From contig OZ024747.1 of assembly GCA_964016885.1 (NCBI GenBank), positions 20,274,001-20,338,000 on the forward strand: a stretch of DNA of 64,000 nucleotides. Reading direction: 5' to 3'. Positions 1 through 13,387 of this stretch are shown piece after piece. The position numbers were made by a program, and so were the translations under genes. Positions within the stretch are counted from its first letter, which is position 1; every line of letters begins with the position of its first letter. Source of the DNA: Eledone cirrhosa (lineage: Eukaryota). Under the pieces are notes generated by a model. That model was given only the letters and a program-made list of their open reading frames with translations. It had not been told where the DNA came from and did no database searches.

Positions 1-265
1 GTGTATTTATGTGTGTTTGTGCATGCATATATTTATATATATGCATACATATATATATGTGTGTGTGTGTTTGTGTGTGTATGTATGTTTGTGAGTGTGT
101 ATTTATGTGTGTTTGTGCATGCATATATTCATATATATGCATACATATATATATATGTGTGCGTGTGTGTGTGTGTTTGTGTGGGTATGTATGTCTGTGA
201 GTGTGTATTTATGTGTGTTTGTGCATGCATATATTTATATATATGCATACATATATATATATATG
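1..265. repeat. Compound TG/TA minisatellite with a ~95-110 bp unit repeated about 3 times
   Basis: gtgtatttatgtgtgtttgtgcatgcatat recurs at ~1, ~97 and ~203. Confidence 0.8.
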
Positions 266-293
266 AGAAATGAAATTTCGTTTCATTTTTTCC

Positions 294-510
<217 letters not shown>

Positions 511-591
511 ACTTCTACCAAACTCGTCCCTTGGACTGAGTGCTCTACTACTATGGATATAAACCACCAGTGTTCTACTATTATATATATT

Positions 592-630
<39 letters not shown>

Positions 631-631
<1 letters not shown>

Positions 632-1125
632 ATTATTAGGTACCGCGAGAGAGAAGAGAATGGAAAGATGGTCGATACATATATTTAGTTGCCAATAGTT
701 TATGAATGTGTGCTCAATACTCGAGCCTACAGGGTTAAATATTAGAGGCGTCAACATTTAGTGGGCGAGAAAAAATGATAAACAGAGCTATTATAAAGGA
801 AATGAATACAAAGAGTTTATTTTGCTTTCCGTGCCCTTGATAAGCCCGCTAAGGGGGAAACGTACGTAGGTGTACAGTTATATAAACATGTTTTACCGGC
901 TTTAAACTCTTTGTATTCATTTTGTCTCTCTCTTTATATATATATATTATATATAGTCTATATACATTATACAGATATATAGTTTATATTTATTATACAT
1001 ATAAGTTTGATATATCGAAGGCCTCCTCTATAAATGTATATCTTGGAGTTATTTGGTATTTTTCTATAATATTCTCGAATGCTTATGTACACCTTCTGTG
1101 TATGAATATGAATAATATAATATAA
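631..1125 (+). mobile_element. Microsatellite-embedded hammerhead mini-element, family A (Penelope-like pLTR remnant)
   Basis: Unique sequence bounded by (GA)/(TA) arrays; a 20-bp inverted repeat (800-819 / 903-922) brackets a hammerhead-like fold. Confidence 0.55.
831..875 (+). ncRNA. Type I hammerhead ribozyme-like motif, U3-A8 variant
   Basis: gtgccc-TTGATAA-gccc gctaa gggg-GAAA-cgtacg-TA-ggtgtac; palindromic stem III, stem I with one bulge, mismatch at the base of stem II. Confidence 0.55.
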
Positions 1126-1146
1126 TATAAATAAATAAATAAATAA

Positions 1147-1205
<59 letters not shown>

Positions 1206-1206
<1 letters not shown>

Positions 1207-1354
1207 TTTACGCTCTTTCCTTCATTCCTCTACACGTTACAGTCTTATACACGCCACGCATCGCAACGTACACCCACTTACATCTCTCTCTCCACCACGG
1301 GATCTTGTTACCCGGAGATTTACCCATCTGCATTGTCGAGGCTTCCAAACTATT

Positions 1355-1357
<3 letters not shown>
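1206..1357 (+). mobile_element. TA-embedded repeat, family B fragment
   Basis: cacttacatctctctc...ggatcttgttacc...catctgcattgtcgaggcttccaaa matches 12670-12800 and 52240-52350. Confidence 0.7.
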
Positions 1358-1450
<93 letters not shown>

Positions 1451-1584
1451 TAGATATATATACATATATATATATATATAGTAATAATAATAAATGTGAA
1501 GACTAAAATCCAAAGAAGGCTCGATAAGGATAAATATATTAATATATATATATATATATATAGATAGATAGATAATTTAATATA

Positions 1585-1866
1585 TCTACTAACATAAGCG
1601 CATAGATGTACGCTAATGCCAGCAAATACACAGGTTATGTCATAGTACCTAGGTGGTTCAATGCAGGAGGATGCAGAACAATAATATATAAGACGTAAAA
1701 TAAGAAAATTTCTTAAAAAAATTTTTTTTAGAAAAATTAACTTACTTACTTAAATTTTCACTCCAACTAATTAGTTTCTGCAATGGGATAAAGACAGTTA
1801 CGTAATGAACTGTTGAGAATTTCATTGCGTCATCAGGGAGGTCATTCTCAGCCGAGTCTCCAGGCG

Positions 1867-1867
<1 letters not shown>
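1585..1867 (-). mobile_element. TA-embedded hammerhead mini-element, family D
   Basis: Homologous to 13385-13960 and 63143-63683; flanked by (TA)n. Confidence 0.75.
1761..1840 (-). ncRNA. Type I hammerhead ribozyme (family D)
   Basis: Minus strand: ctcc-CTGATGA-c gcaatg...cattgc a-GAAA-ctaattag-TT-ggag. Confidence 0.75.
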
Positions 1868-1922
<55 letters not shown>

Positions 1923-1923
1923 C

Positions 1924-2085
1924 TAATTGTTTCTACTTTAGGCACAAGGCCAGCAATTACTGGTACTTTATTTTATCGACCCCATAAGGATGAAAGGCAA
2001 AGTTAACCTCGGGTGGATGGCAATAAGCCTTAACTCTATGCGTCAAAGCATGGCGTCCGACCCTCTACCGATACTGCCAGTCCAC
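1924..2085 (-). mobile_element. tRNA-derived SINE, internally deleted
   Basis: Reverse complement of the SINE consensus seen at 6578 and 61105. Confidence 0.85.
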
Positions 2086-2359
2086 AATAATAATACTAAA
2101 TGATAAACACAGATACAAAATGAATTAGTGTTATCCTTATCACGCTTTAGATGAGATAAAATAATTTCAACTTATTGGACGTTAGTTATTCATCAGATAG
2201 AGAGACACACATATATATATATAGGTAGATAGATTAACAGAAATATACTTAAGCATATGTAATAGTTTAAGGGGGACTTTTACGTGAACATTCCGCCTAC
2301 TAGAAATAGCAAAAAAATATATTGTATAATAAACTATTAATTTATATAACGAAAACCGC

Positions 2360-2459
2360 AATGAACAATATGGTTCTTGATCTCCTATATCTGAAGTAAA
2401 ATCAGGATGGGCGCAGCTGGTGTGTCTTGCCTTATAGATTTGTCCGATTTCAATCTCAC
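2360..2459 (-). CDS. Putative exon of an unidentified host gene (GEIEIGQIYKARHTSCAHPDF...); 3' boundary uncertain
   Basis: Acceptor tgtttatcccag|GT at 2460; phase matches exon 3472-3566; no clear donor site. Confidence 0.45.
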
Positions 2460-2699
2460 CTGGGATAAACAATATCAAAAGCAACTACCTCATTATCATC
2501 TTTAAAGTGATTACAATCAACAGGAATACTCTTCCGAGGGAACATTCGTGTTATCACTAATCATGTTAGAAATAACACCTTAATATATCTTAAGTCTAAT
2601 ATTAAGTATATTTAGAATACAACAATAAAAATAATAACCAAATACACACACGAACACACACAGCCATGCAAACAGCCTCACCTACACATATATAAATAA

Positions 2700-2769
<70 letters not shown>

Positions 2770-2798
2770 GCGTGTGTGTGTGTGCGTGCGTGTGTGTG

Positions 2799-2833
<35 letters not shown>

Positions 2834-2967
2834 CCGTCCGTGTGGAATGGAATTATTTCTGGAACCTTGTGCGATCCACGCCAACTACAAAAGCTTAGGC
2901 TCTCGCTACATGATCCTGTTGTTGAAATCATCTCTTCACCACTACATTGAGTTATAACAAGGTTATC

Positions 2968-3032
<65 letters not shown>

Positions 3033-3036
<4 letters not shown>

Positions 3037-3160
3037 AGAAAAACCAAAAGCCCTCCATCTCAAATCTAATTTTGAAAAGTATAAGAACTATGAAACCGTT
3101 AAAGGATACAAATAAATATTCTTAAAAAGACTCCAGTTGCATTTTCGATTTCTTTTCAAC
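3033..3160 (+). mobile_element. TA-embedded mini-element, family E (degenerate copy)
   Basis: Homologous to 11660-11800 (reverse) and 41402-41515. Confidence 0.7.
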
Positions 3161-3471
3161 AATATGACCCTCCCCAAGTATAACACTATATATATATATA
3201 TACATATTTATAGAGTGAGAGAGAGTGTCTGAGGTGCTGAGACTGAGGAGACTGCTAACCATGGGAATGCTCAATGCATGGGGATATGCATATATATGTG
3301 TGTGTGGGTGGGTGTGTATATATGTGTGTGTGTCTTGATTCAGTTTAGGTTAGCGTGTGAGTGTACGTTTTTGTGATACAAAAGCCGAATGCTTAAAGAC
3401 TTCTTCAATATCATGAAATTCTGACTTCGGTCTAACTGTGTTGCAGCCTGTATCGTGCTTGTATACCTTAC

Positions 3472-3566
3472 CATATCCTCGGCTTATCCAAAGACTTGTG
3501 ACTGGGATTTGGTAGGGGAAACCTGTTTCCTTGCTCGTCTGGTAGGTTGTTTCTGTAATTCTCCCA
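3472..3566 (-). CDS. Putative internal exon (GRITETTYQTSKETGFPYQIPVTSLWISRGY)
   Basis: 95 bp, tttagttcag| ... TATG|gtaagg; phase 2 in, phase 1 out, compatible with both neighbouring exons. Confidence 0.6.
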
Positions 3567-3645
3567 CTGAACTAAACTTAAATCCTCCGCAAATTAAATA
3601 AAGTTTAAATATATCTATAAAATATTCATTATTTTATTTAAGATA

Positions 3646-3804
3646 GTGGTGGATTGGCAGTATCAGTAGAGGATTGGATACCATGCTTCGCAGCATAGAG
3701 TTACGCCCCTTTATGTTCTGAGTTCTAATCCCGCCGAGGTTAATTTTGCCTTTCATCCTTACGAGGTCGATAAAATAAAGCACCAGTAATGCTCTGGGAT
3801 AATT
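3646..3804 (+). mobile_element. tRNA-derived SINE
   Basis: A box tggcagtatcag, B box gagttctaatccc, core gcctttcatccttacgaggtcgataaaataaag. Confidence 0.85.
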
Positions 3805-3866
3805 ATTTTATTTAACATGTAGTATTGACTGAATCATCGTAGGAACCGACGGGTGTCCATTCTTAC

Positions 3867-3927
3867 ATGTATCTATTACGTAATTTCATCTCATATACGG
3901 AATGTTGTTTATTGTACAAGGACAGAC
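3867..3927 (-). CDS. Putative internal exon (GLSLYNKQHSVYEMKLRNRY)
   Basis: 61 bp, ctttcatttattgtaatag| ... |gtaaga; phase 1 in, phase 2 out, open frame. Confidence 0.6.
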
Positions 3928-4317
3928 CTATTACAATAAATGAAAGCATTACAGGCTTAACAGACGTACTCTCCTTCATAAACATGCACGAATACAAATG
4001 CTTACAAACACAAAACCAACTATATATTAACAACCACACACATACACAAAGAGCAGTGCAAACACAGATATACATACGCATTCATAGATTCTTGGATTAC
4101 ATAATTGCTGAGAACCGGTGAAACACTGGAATTTCCATATTTATGCGACAGAAGAAATCAACATAGTTAATTATTTCCTAATTATTCTATCATATTTAAA
4201 CTGAAGTCTGGTAAATTACCAGCAGAGTGCTGATGCCATTTTGTTGTCAGATGTGGTAGAAGTAGTGGTGGTGATGGTGGTGGAGGCATAGATGTGCTCG
4301 TGGTGGTGGTGTTTTAA

Positions 4318-4497
4318 TAATTGTTTCTAATTGTTAGCATAAGACCAGCAATTATCCCAGTGCATTATTTTATGGACACCTGTAAGGATGTCTGGCAAAG
4401 TTAACCTCAGCGGGATTTTAACTCAGAACGTATATGGCCATAACTCTATGCTGTAAAGCATGGTGTCTGACGCTCTACCGACATTTCCAATTCACCA
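4318..4497 (-). mobile_element. tRNA-derived SINE, diverged
   Basis: Reverse match to the SINE consensus. Confidence 0.8.
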
Positions 4498-4534
4498 ATG
4501 ATGATTAGTAATGTTGTTATTATTGGTGGGGATA

Positions 4535-4740
4535 GGGCGGTGGATTGGCAGTATCGGTAGAGAGTCGGACACTATGCTTTGCAGCATAGAGTTACGCCCC
4601 TTTGTGATCTGATTTCAAATCTCGCTATGGTTAGCTTTGCGTTTCATCCTTACGGGGTCGATAAAATAAAGCACCAGTTATGCACTGGGGTCGATTTACT
4701 CGACTTCCTCCTCCCCTAAAATTGCTGGCCTTAGAAATCG
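4535..4740 (+). mobile_element. tRNA-derived SINE, long-tail variant
   Basis: gggcggtggattggcagtatcggtag start; tail includes gggtcgatttactcgac. Confidence 0.85.
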
Positions 4741-4790
4741 TTATTATTGTTGGGTATTGGTGTCCATTGCAGTTGTGATAATTATGATAA

Positions 4791-4973
4791 TAATTGTTTC
4801 TAATTTTGGCACAAGGCCAGCAGTTACCCAGTGCATTACTGGTACTTTATTTTATCGACCCCGTAAGGATGAAAGGCAAAGTCAAACTCAGCGGGATTTG
4901 AACTCAGATCGTTAAGGGACGTAACTATGCTGGAAAGCATGGCATCCGACCCTCTACCGATACTGCCAATCCA
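4791..4973 (-). mobile_element. tRNA-derived SINE
   Basis: Reverse match to the SINE consensus. Confidence 0.9.
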
Positions 4974-5612
4974 AATAATGTTGTTATTATTGTTGTTATT
5001 GTTATTGTAGTTTGTGATAGGCGTAATTATGTTGTTGGTGGTTATGATGGTGATGCCGATAATGCGGCTGATGACAATGTTACTATTTTTGAAGATATCG
5101 TGATATAGTTTCGTTGGTATTTGGTGGTAATGTTATATTAGTTGACCTTCTGTCGTATAATTGGTAGCCATACTGTATGTTGTATTGGTACTGCATTAGC
5201 AAGAAGTAATGGCATAATTAAAGGGGCAGGAGTTTATTATCGTTGGTTTTGCTATTATTGAAGTTGTGCGATTCAAGCTTATTTGTTCATGCGTTTTCCA
5301 ATCTCAGCATTAATGAGTTTTGAAGTGATAGAAATAATGTTCACAGTAAAAATTACCATTACTAATTACTTACTCTACAGTATGACACTGTCTAAATTTT
5401 AAAGGTTGTATTTAATACTTTCAATTAAGTGTTTAGAATAAACATACTTTCAAGGCAATTGGAAAGTAATTCCCTGCAGAGAGTGTAATGCATACACATG
5501 GCTCCTTTATGCTGTTTTCTCTCTCTTTTTCTTCCACTAAGTACATACATACACATACATACATACACATACATACATACACACACACACGCACACACAC
5601 ACACACACACAT

Positions 5613-5648
<36 letters not shown>

Positions 5649-6041
5649 TTTATAGAAGGAGCTTCTACAGGACTATTCTATAAAATAAAAAAAATTTACT
5701 CTGCCATGTATTGAGTACCTTACTTACTGTGGTTATCCCCGACTCAACCCGGGACTTACGTATATATATATATATATATTTATATATTTATATATATATA
5801 TATATCAATTAGAAATAGATTGACATATATATATATATAATAAACATATGAAACAATCACAGGGTATAATTTGTAAAGTGTGTAAGCACACATAGCTAGG
5901 TAGGTAGGTAACTAATTAAAGTTTAACTAGAACTTCAAATATAGAAACCTTTTAAAATGATTAATCTCCTTTGTATATACTTCTTTAAATAAAAAATATA
6001 TTTCACCAATTAATCGGTAAATCACAGTAGTCAAATCCCGG

Positions 6042-6107
6042 ATGGTTACCAAAGGAGAAGATCCAACCAACTGTGTAGATGGTCGAATCTTCTCCTTTGG
6101 TGACCAT
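6042..6107. repeat. Hairpin with ~21-bp arms
   Basis: atggttaccaaaggagaagat ... atcttctcctttggtgaccat. Confidence 0.75.
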
Positions 6108-6577
6108 ATATATATATGTGTGTGTATGTGTGTGTAATATAATATAAGATAATGTGTGTGTAGACGTATGTATGTGAACATTATATGAATATTTATTTCT
6201 TATTAATCAGGAACAATAAACATAAATAAATAATACTTTTAAAAACGCGGAATAAAATGAGACATATAGAGAGAAAGGCGAACGAGAATTAAACGACGTA
6301 TTTGCTGCTTACTGGACGACTTGAGGGATTTCCAGTCATATTTTTGTGAGTGTGCAAGCCAAACTGAACAAGCTACAAATATGTACCTCTCATCTGTCTC
6401 ACTAGCTTTGCTGTTATAATAGTGGTTACCCAACCAGCAGCTTCCCAACAGAGCCAAGTCCCTTCCTGGGTACGCAAATCCGTGCTGACGGAGGCAATCA
6501 ATTCGCTATGTTTTATATAAATGATTATTATCTATATATACGAGGTGTATATATAGATAATAATATATTATCTATAA

Positions 6578-6765
6578 GGGCGGTGGATTGGCAGTATCGG
6601 TAGAGGGTCGGACGCCATGCTTTCCAGCATAGTTACGTCCCTTTACGATCTGAGTTCAAATCCCGCCGAGGTTGTCTTTGCCTTTCCTCCTTACGGGGTC
6701 GATAAAATAAAGTACCAGTAATGCACTGGGTAGTGCTGGCCTTGTGCCTAAAGTAGAAACAATTA
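6578..6765 (+). mobile_element. tRNA-derived SINE, full length
   Basis: A box TGGCAGTATCGG, B box GAGTTCAAATCCC, 3' end gtagaaacaatt. Confidence 0.92.
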
Positions 6766-6775
6766 TCTATATATA

Positions 6776-6977
6776 CGAGGGGAGGGGGTCGAAGAGTTCA
6801 CTTGTTGATTATGAAGGAGTGATGCTAGAGCTGTGAAATCTTGCGTGCATTATTTTCAACTGCTCTTATTAATAACTCCATTGTTTCTTTGCAAGGATTA
6901 TGTAGAAAAATAATCCTCATTTGGTCACTTCATGGGAGTATCTTCATCAGCCTATGAACCTTTCAGCAGACCCCTCA
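6776..6977. mobile_element. Non-autonomous mariner-type MITE
   Basis: TA|cgagggg...gaagagttca ... tgaacctttcagcagacccctca|TA: imperfect TIRs with TA flanks. Confidence 0.6.
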
Positions 6978-7296
6978 TATATATGTATAGACACTCACAC
7001 ACACACATATATATATATATGAACGTGTTTGTGTGTTTGTGAGTATTATGTATGTATATTGAATTGTACGCTAAACAATCAAAATATATCATAAACTCAT
7101 AAACTCATATCTGTATATGTAGAGTATAGATGTAACCGAGGCTGCATTTATGTGTTTATCGATTATCACGTTACATAATAGACATGTAAAACTGTGAAAA
7201 GGACATATTCCCCTATAAATGTAAATTTATGATTTATATCGTTAATCGATGTTCGTACCTTATTTATTTATATATATATATATGTGTGTGTATGTG

Positions 7297-7337
<41 letters not shown>

Positions 7338-7353
7338 AATAGAGTTAGTCATT

Positions 7354-7476
7354 CAACAAATTAGCAAACTCAAGGGCACGCGTTTCACCTCGCAGATTTT
7401 CAACCCGCGCATGGCTGCGCGTTGAAAATCCGATATGTGAAACGCGCCCCCTCGTGTAAGGTATGCTAATTTGTTG
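7354..7476. mobile_element. CpG-rich foldback/MITE-like hairpin
   Basis: Nested inverted repeats caacaaattagca/tgctaatttgttg, cgcgtttcac/gtgaaacgcg, gattttcaac/gttgaaaatc. Confidence 0.6.
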
Positions 7477-8776
7477 CGCAAAAATTTCTATAAATTTCTT
7501 TCTTTCTATCTCTCCCTCTCTCTCCCTATCGCCCCTCTCTCTCCCTCTCTCTCTCTCTTCCACCCTCTCCCTCTGTATATATATATATATATAAATATAT
7601 ATATATTTATATACATGTATATATGCATATATATATATATATGTGTGTGTGAGTGTTATAGCGTGTTATATCTTGTTATAAGGTAATGCATTTTTAATGT
7701 CGTATCATCCACTTCGATGCATTCATTTACTTTATGTTCCTGCTTTACAGTCATTTACATCATCACAATCACGCTAACTCTTATCATCAGTATCATGGCC
7801 ATCGAATACTATTTTGTTGTTGTTTTAATATTTGCTAATGCATGGAAACATTGTTCGGGTGGAGCCGCTTTACATCCCAATATCACTCATCTTAAATGAA
7901 TGTCGATTTATCTCCGATGCACAATATCCTGGGATATGCTCCTACTAATTTCTCATATATCTACCTACGTTTTCTTTTAGAAAATCCAGCTACAGTCACT
8001 ATGATGCACATGCTAAAAACAACTATTTCAGGTTCATAGGTTAAACGAAAGGAATATCCATTATCTTGCCATGTCCATTTAGAACATTGAGATAAATAAC
8101 TGATGTTCTGTGAGAATATGTGCAAGAAGCCACCTCGTATGAACCCTTTCTGTTTGAGGTAATAGGCAAATGTATTCAAATGATCCATATTGTCTTTACA
8201 TATGGTATGTCAGAGTAGAAAATATAGTTTCTATTGCATCCAATTGACTAGGACTAAACAACATTGAATAGTTAAGGGATAACGAACTCCATGAATTATA
8301 GTTCTAGTCGTACATGTGTGATCTAAGAGAGAAGCAATCCATGATTATAATAGAGAAGATGGACCCAAAGTTTAGGTAGGCTTGGGTGAAAAATCAATTA
8401 TACAACTAGCTAGTTCAGATAATCAAAGTATTTTAAAGGGTAAAGGAGGCAACAGTGAGAATGTGCTGTTTTGGGAGACGCCTGTTTTTTCTTGGCCCTC
8501 GTACCACATCCCTTTTTATCGGAGTGGAGTTAGTTGCCCACAGGTGCGAGCTCCGCGAGGTGGAATAGCTGTTCCAGTGCGTCTCCCGCACCATTCTGCA
8601 GGCCAATGTCTTCACCATCCTGCCGGCCTGGACCTCAAGGGCAGGGGTAAGGTGGCAGTAGGCCGACAAAAAGCGTTAATAATGCTGACACACAAACACA
8701 CACCCACACACACAATCACACACAAATACATAGAGTTCAAGATTATTACGATTGAGCAAATATAAATATGACTTAC

Positions 8777-8829
8777 CCGGGAGCAGAAGATCGTTGGCTT
8801 TTGTGACTTCCTTCAATATATTGTGATAT
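8777..8829 (-). CDS. Putative internal exon (YHNILKEVTKANDLLLP)
   Basis: 53 bp, strong ttttttatag| acceptor and CGG|gtaagt donor; phase 1 out joins 3867-3927 in frame. Confidence 0.65.
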
Positions 8830-9667
8830 CTATAAAAAAATAATTGTGCTTAGAGAATTGTAAGAAAAGCTACGTTAGAACCAGTATTCTCATATCCAAT
8901 ATAACTGTGGAAAAGGTTCTCCGCCTCTATTGTTCTTTAGGAGTAGCAGTGGTAATGTGATTATATAAAACTACTTGATGTTGAATTTCAATCTACACTA
9001 ATGTTTTTCTGTGGGTGAAGAATCTTAAATAATTGTGTAATTACATCATTGCAACTTGACGAAACTATACGTTAATTTTACCATTTTACAAAAACCATTA
9101 GAGATGAACGTTTAAATAATCAACTAGCTGATTACTGCGACAACATTTGTGTTCTTCAAAATTTGCATTATCGGCTATATTTTGCCAAAGTGTTTATTCA
9201 ACATAAGATTGTATGAAATCTGTGGACTGAAAATGATCGCAAACATTTTTTTTTATTTAATGTTCGATTTCGTAGTGTTGCAAAAACGGTAAATTAATAC
9301 TCCGTTTCATAGCATGTTTGTAAAGCAGGGTAAGAGAAATATTTTAAGTACACAGTTTAATTGAAAAATAAAACCAGTTCAAATATTGGTCCACATCTGA
9401 TTGATGTACAGATTCTCAGTGGTTTAATTTGTATAAACAACTTCGTGCGTTCTTTGAATATATTTTTTTACATCTCATTACTCGAGAGATATATTAATCA
9501 TCATTGACTGAAAGACTATTGATGTATAGGCTTGTTCAGGCATCAACTGAACTGAATGTTACTGACTGCGACCAGATTTGAAGGCATGCGATGTTAGCGA
9601 TTGTTCATACATCTTAATTGAAACCAAACATCGAACTCAGAAACGGTAGTATTTCTTCGAATGTACT

Positions 9668-10165
<498 letters not shown>

Positions 10166-10411
10166 GTCATTTTGTGGTTCGTACACGCACTCGACAGAAT
10201 GACAAGATGGAGCGAATGAAACAACATCAAAAGGAAGAAGAGATAAAACTGGGCAAAAATAGACATTAAAATGAACATGTGTGATGAAATAGCTTTGACA
10301 ATTAAACATGATAATTAAATAATCACCCAACTACAAACTTCACCGTAGAATAAAATAAATAAGTAACCACTCATGTAAATAATAAACCCGAAGTGAAATT
10401 CAAATAATGCA

Positions 10412-10729
10412 TTGCTTTTTATGCAGCATGACCTTCCAAGGTATTACAACTGTTTCAACACAAGATTTCACAAGATTACTGTGTTTTGGGACACTACACC
10501 TTTAAGCAATGTACGGGCACTTGAAGAGAGTAGCACGAAATTCTCAAACAAATGGCAGATCATTGAAATATTTCAACTCTACGCAAAGGGTTCTAGCTCA
10601 TATCAACTGTGTACGGCAGAAAGTTGGGACTATGTAGATATGCTAAAATACTCCAGATATCGTCTAAATACGAGGATAGATATCTTCAAACGCTGTTTCC
10701 ACGTCAAGAACTACGTCTTGCTAGATTAA
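10412..10729 (+). pseudogene. Decayed C-terminus of a Penelope-like element (GIY-YIG endonuclease region)
   Basis: RYYN..F...TTPLS...L.E...KF..KWQII....Y.KG....LC..E...LN.R..IF.RC.H..NYVL resembles the PLE end motif RY.NH..SF..T.LS..W.I...Y..G...C.LC..EK..LN.R.E...C.H. Confidence 0.6.
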
Positions 10730-11022
10730 ATAACCTTTAAAATACGGATCCCACTATCCGACAACCGATATCACTGAGAGCTGCTTTGATATAGTATCTT
10801 CCATCCAAAATCAATATATTACAAACCAACTATAGTTGGACCCTTCAAGAATTAGCATCTTTATTTTAAAACAGAGAATTGTTTTCATTAACAGGTAGAA
10901 TCAAGTAAAGCCTATGCTTAGTTGCTATGTATATTCAGTAATATAAAATAGCACTATGATTATATATAGAAGAATTATTCTTTTATAGAAACATTCATTT
11001 TATAACCAGACAACTATATATG

Positions 11023-11072
<50 letters not shown>

Positions 11073-11075
11073 AGT

Positions 11076-11158
<83 letters not shown>

Positions 11159-11539
11159 CGTGTATAAATGCGTGTGTATGTTTCTGTATTATTTTATTTT
11201 TGTTAGATTTCATTGACCAATAAGATAATACATAATTTAGAGACTAATATCGAATATACTAACAATAACTGCAACAATAACATCTACATAAAATAAAACA
11301 ATTCTGCAAAATAGAATAAGCAGTATTAAAAGCATCACAGTATTAAAAACGACAATACTACCTAATTATTGCCGAAAACTCCAGGAAGAATTCAGTGTGT
11401 TGTTGTAAAGACACTTATAATAAACCAAAATGTTCCTGTCTATTAAAGGAAAGATATTATATGTTTTCCAAACACATCTATGCGCGCACACAAATATGAG
11501 CACAAATACAAGCAAAAAGACACACATATACACACACGA

Positions 11540-12065
<526 letters not shown>

Positions 12066-12190
12066 TATATATATATATACATGGGCAACACTCATCTTTT
12101 TCCATTTCTCCGAGGGTTATAAACTCCACTATCAGGCTAGAAATTTATTTAGTCTAAAATACGGTGAAAGCTTATAATTTCTAATTTCTA

Positions 12191-12246
<56 letters not shown>

Positions 12247-12261
12247 GCATATTAATATAAA

Positions 12262-12800
12262 AGAGAGTATTGAAGTTTGCTTGAAGCATTGTGGAATAAT
12301 AAGATTTATTTTCTTTTGGTCGTTTTGGAAGCCTCAACAATGCAGATGGCTAATTCTCCGGGTAACAAGATCCGGTTGTGAAGAGAGAGATGTAAGTGAA
12401 TGTAGAATGAGATGTATAGTGTGTAGAAGAACGTAGGAAAGGGGGGGTGGAGGTTATCTGTCGGAGAGGAGCGATACGTGTGCTCTGCTGTACGTTGTTT
12501 TGAATTGTTTTGAAAAAGCAGAGAACACGTATCGTTCCTCTCCGACAGATAACCTCCCCCCATCCTGGAAAACCCTCCTGTTGATGGATGTGAATCCGAA
12601 ATATAGGGACAATTAAATCTCTCCCAAGGTAACTCTATTTCGTGTTATTATTTTTATTTTTTACACTCTTTTCTACGTTCTACACACGATACATCTCATT
12701 CTACATTCACTTACATCTCTCTCTTCACTACCGGATCTTGTTAGCCATAGAATTACCCATCTGCATTGTTGAGGTTTCCAAAACGACCAAAAGAAAATAA

Positions 12801-12803
<3 letters not shown>
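12262..12803. mobile_element. Family B element with nested inverted repeats
   Basis: Outer IR ~12302-12437 / 12672-12803; inner IR ~12446-12490 / 12517-12561; degenerate hammerhead-like CTGTTGA-t ggat gtga atcc-GAAA-ta-TA-ggg at ~12572-12610. Confidence 0.75.
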
Positions 12804-12869
<66 letters not shown>

Positions 12870-12877
12870 TTATTTAT

Positions 12878-13294
12878 TTATTAAAATAACAGATTAAAGT
12901 TTAACGGGCTCTTCTGAAACTAAAAAATCAATCTGTGGACGCAGAACTAAATATTTCGCTAAACGCTATTATTACTATATATAAATATATATATAGTAAT
13001 AATAATAAATTTGAAGACTAAAATCCAAAGAGGGCTCGATAAGGATAAATACATATCAAATATATAAGAACCGTAGAGCAAATATTTATTAAAATAACAG
13101 ATTAAAGTTTAAGCAAAGAATCGCTGCTTTCACCCTTAACGGGATCTTCTGAAACTAACAAAGTCAATCTGTAAACGCAGAAGTGGATATTTCAAAAATC
13201 GTTGCGTTCTGCGTTTACAGATTGACTTTGTTAGTTTCAGAAGATCCCGTTAAGGGTGAAAGCAGCGATTCTTTGCTTAAACTTTAATCTGTTA

Positions 13295-13301
<7 letters not shown>
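12878..13301. mobile_element. Family C mini-element: partial copy plus a ~215-bp palindrome
   Basis: Arms ~13087-13182 / 13208-13301; other copies at 1481-1540 and 28170-28393. Confidence 0.8.
13233..13283 (+). ncRNA. Hammerhead-like motif with a non-canonical CAGAAGA core (family C)
   Basis: agttt-CAGAAGA-tccc gttaa gggt-GAAA-gca gcgattctt tgc-TT-aaact. Confidence 0.45.

Positions 13302-13384
<83 letters not shown>

Positions 13385-13387
<3 letters not shown>

Noticed and set aside
6578-6670. tRNA gene
   Set aside because: The A/B boxes belong to a multi-copy SINE head, and no intact cloverleaf is visible.
8382-8765. GC-rich ORF or plus-strand exon (cag|GTGCGAG...GGG|gtaagg)
   Set aside because: No recognisable protein motif and no partner exons on the plus strand; more likely a repeat fragment.
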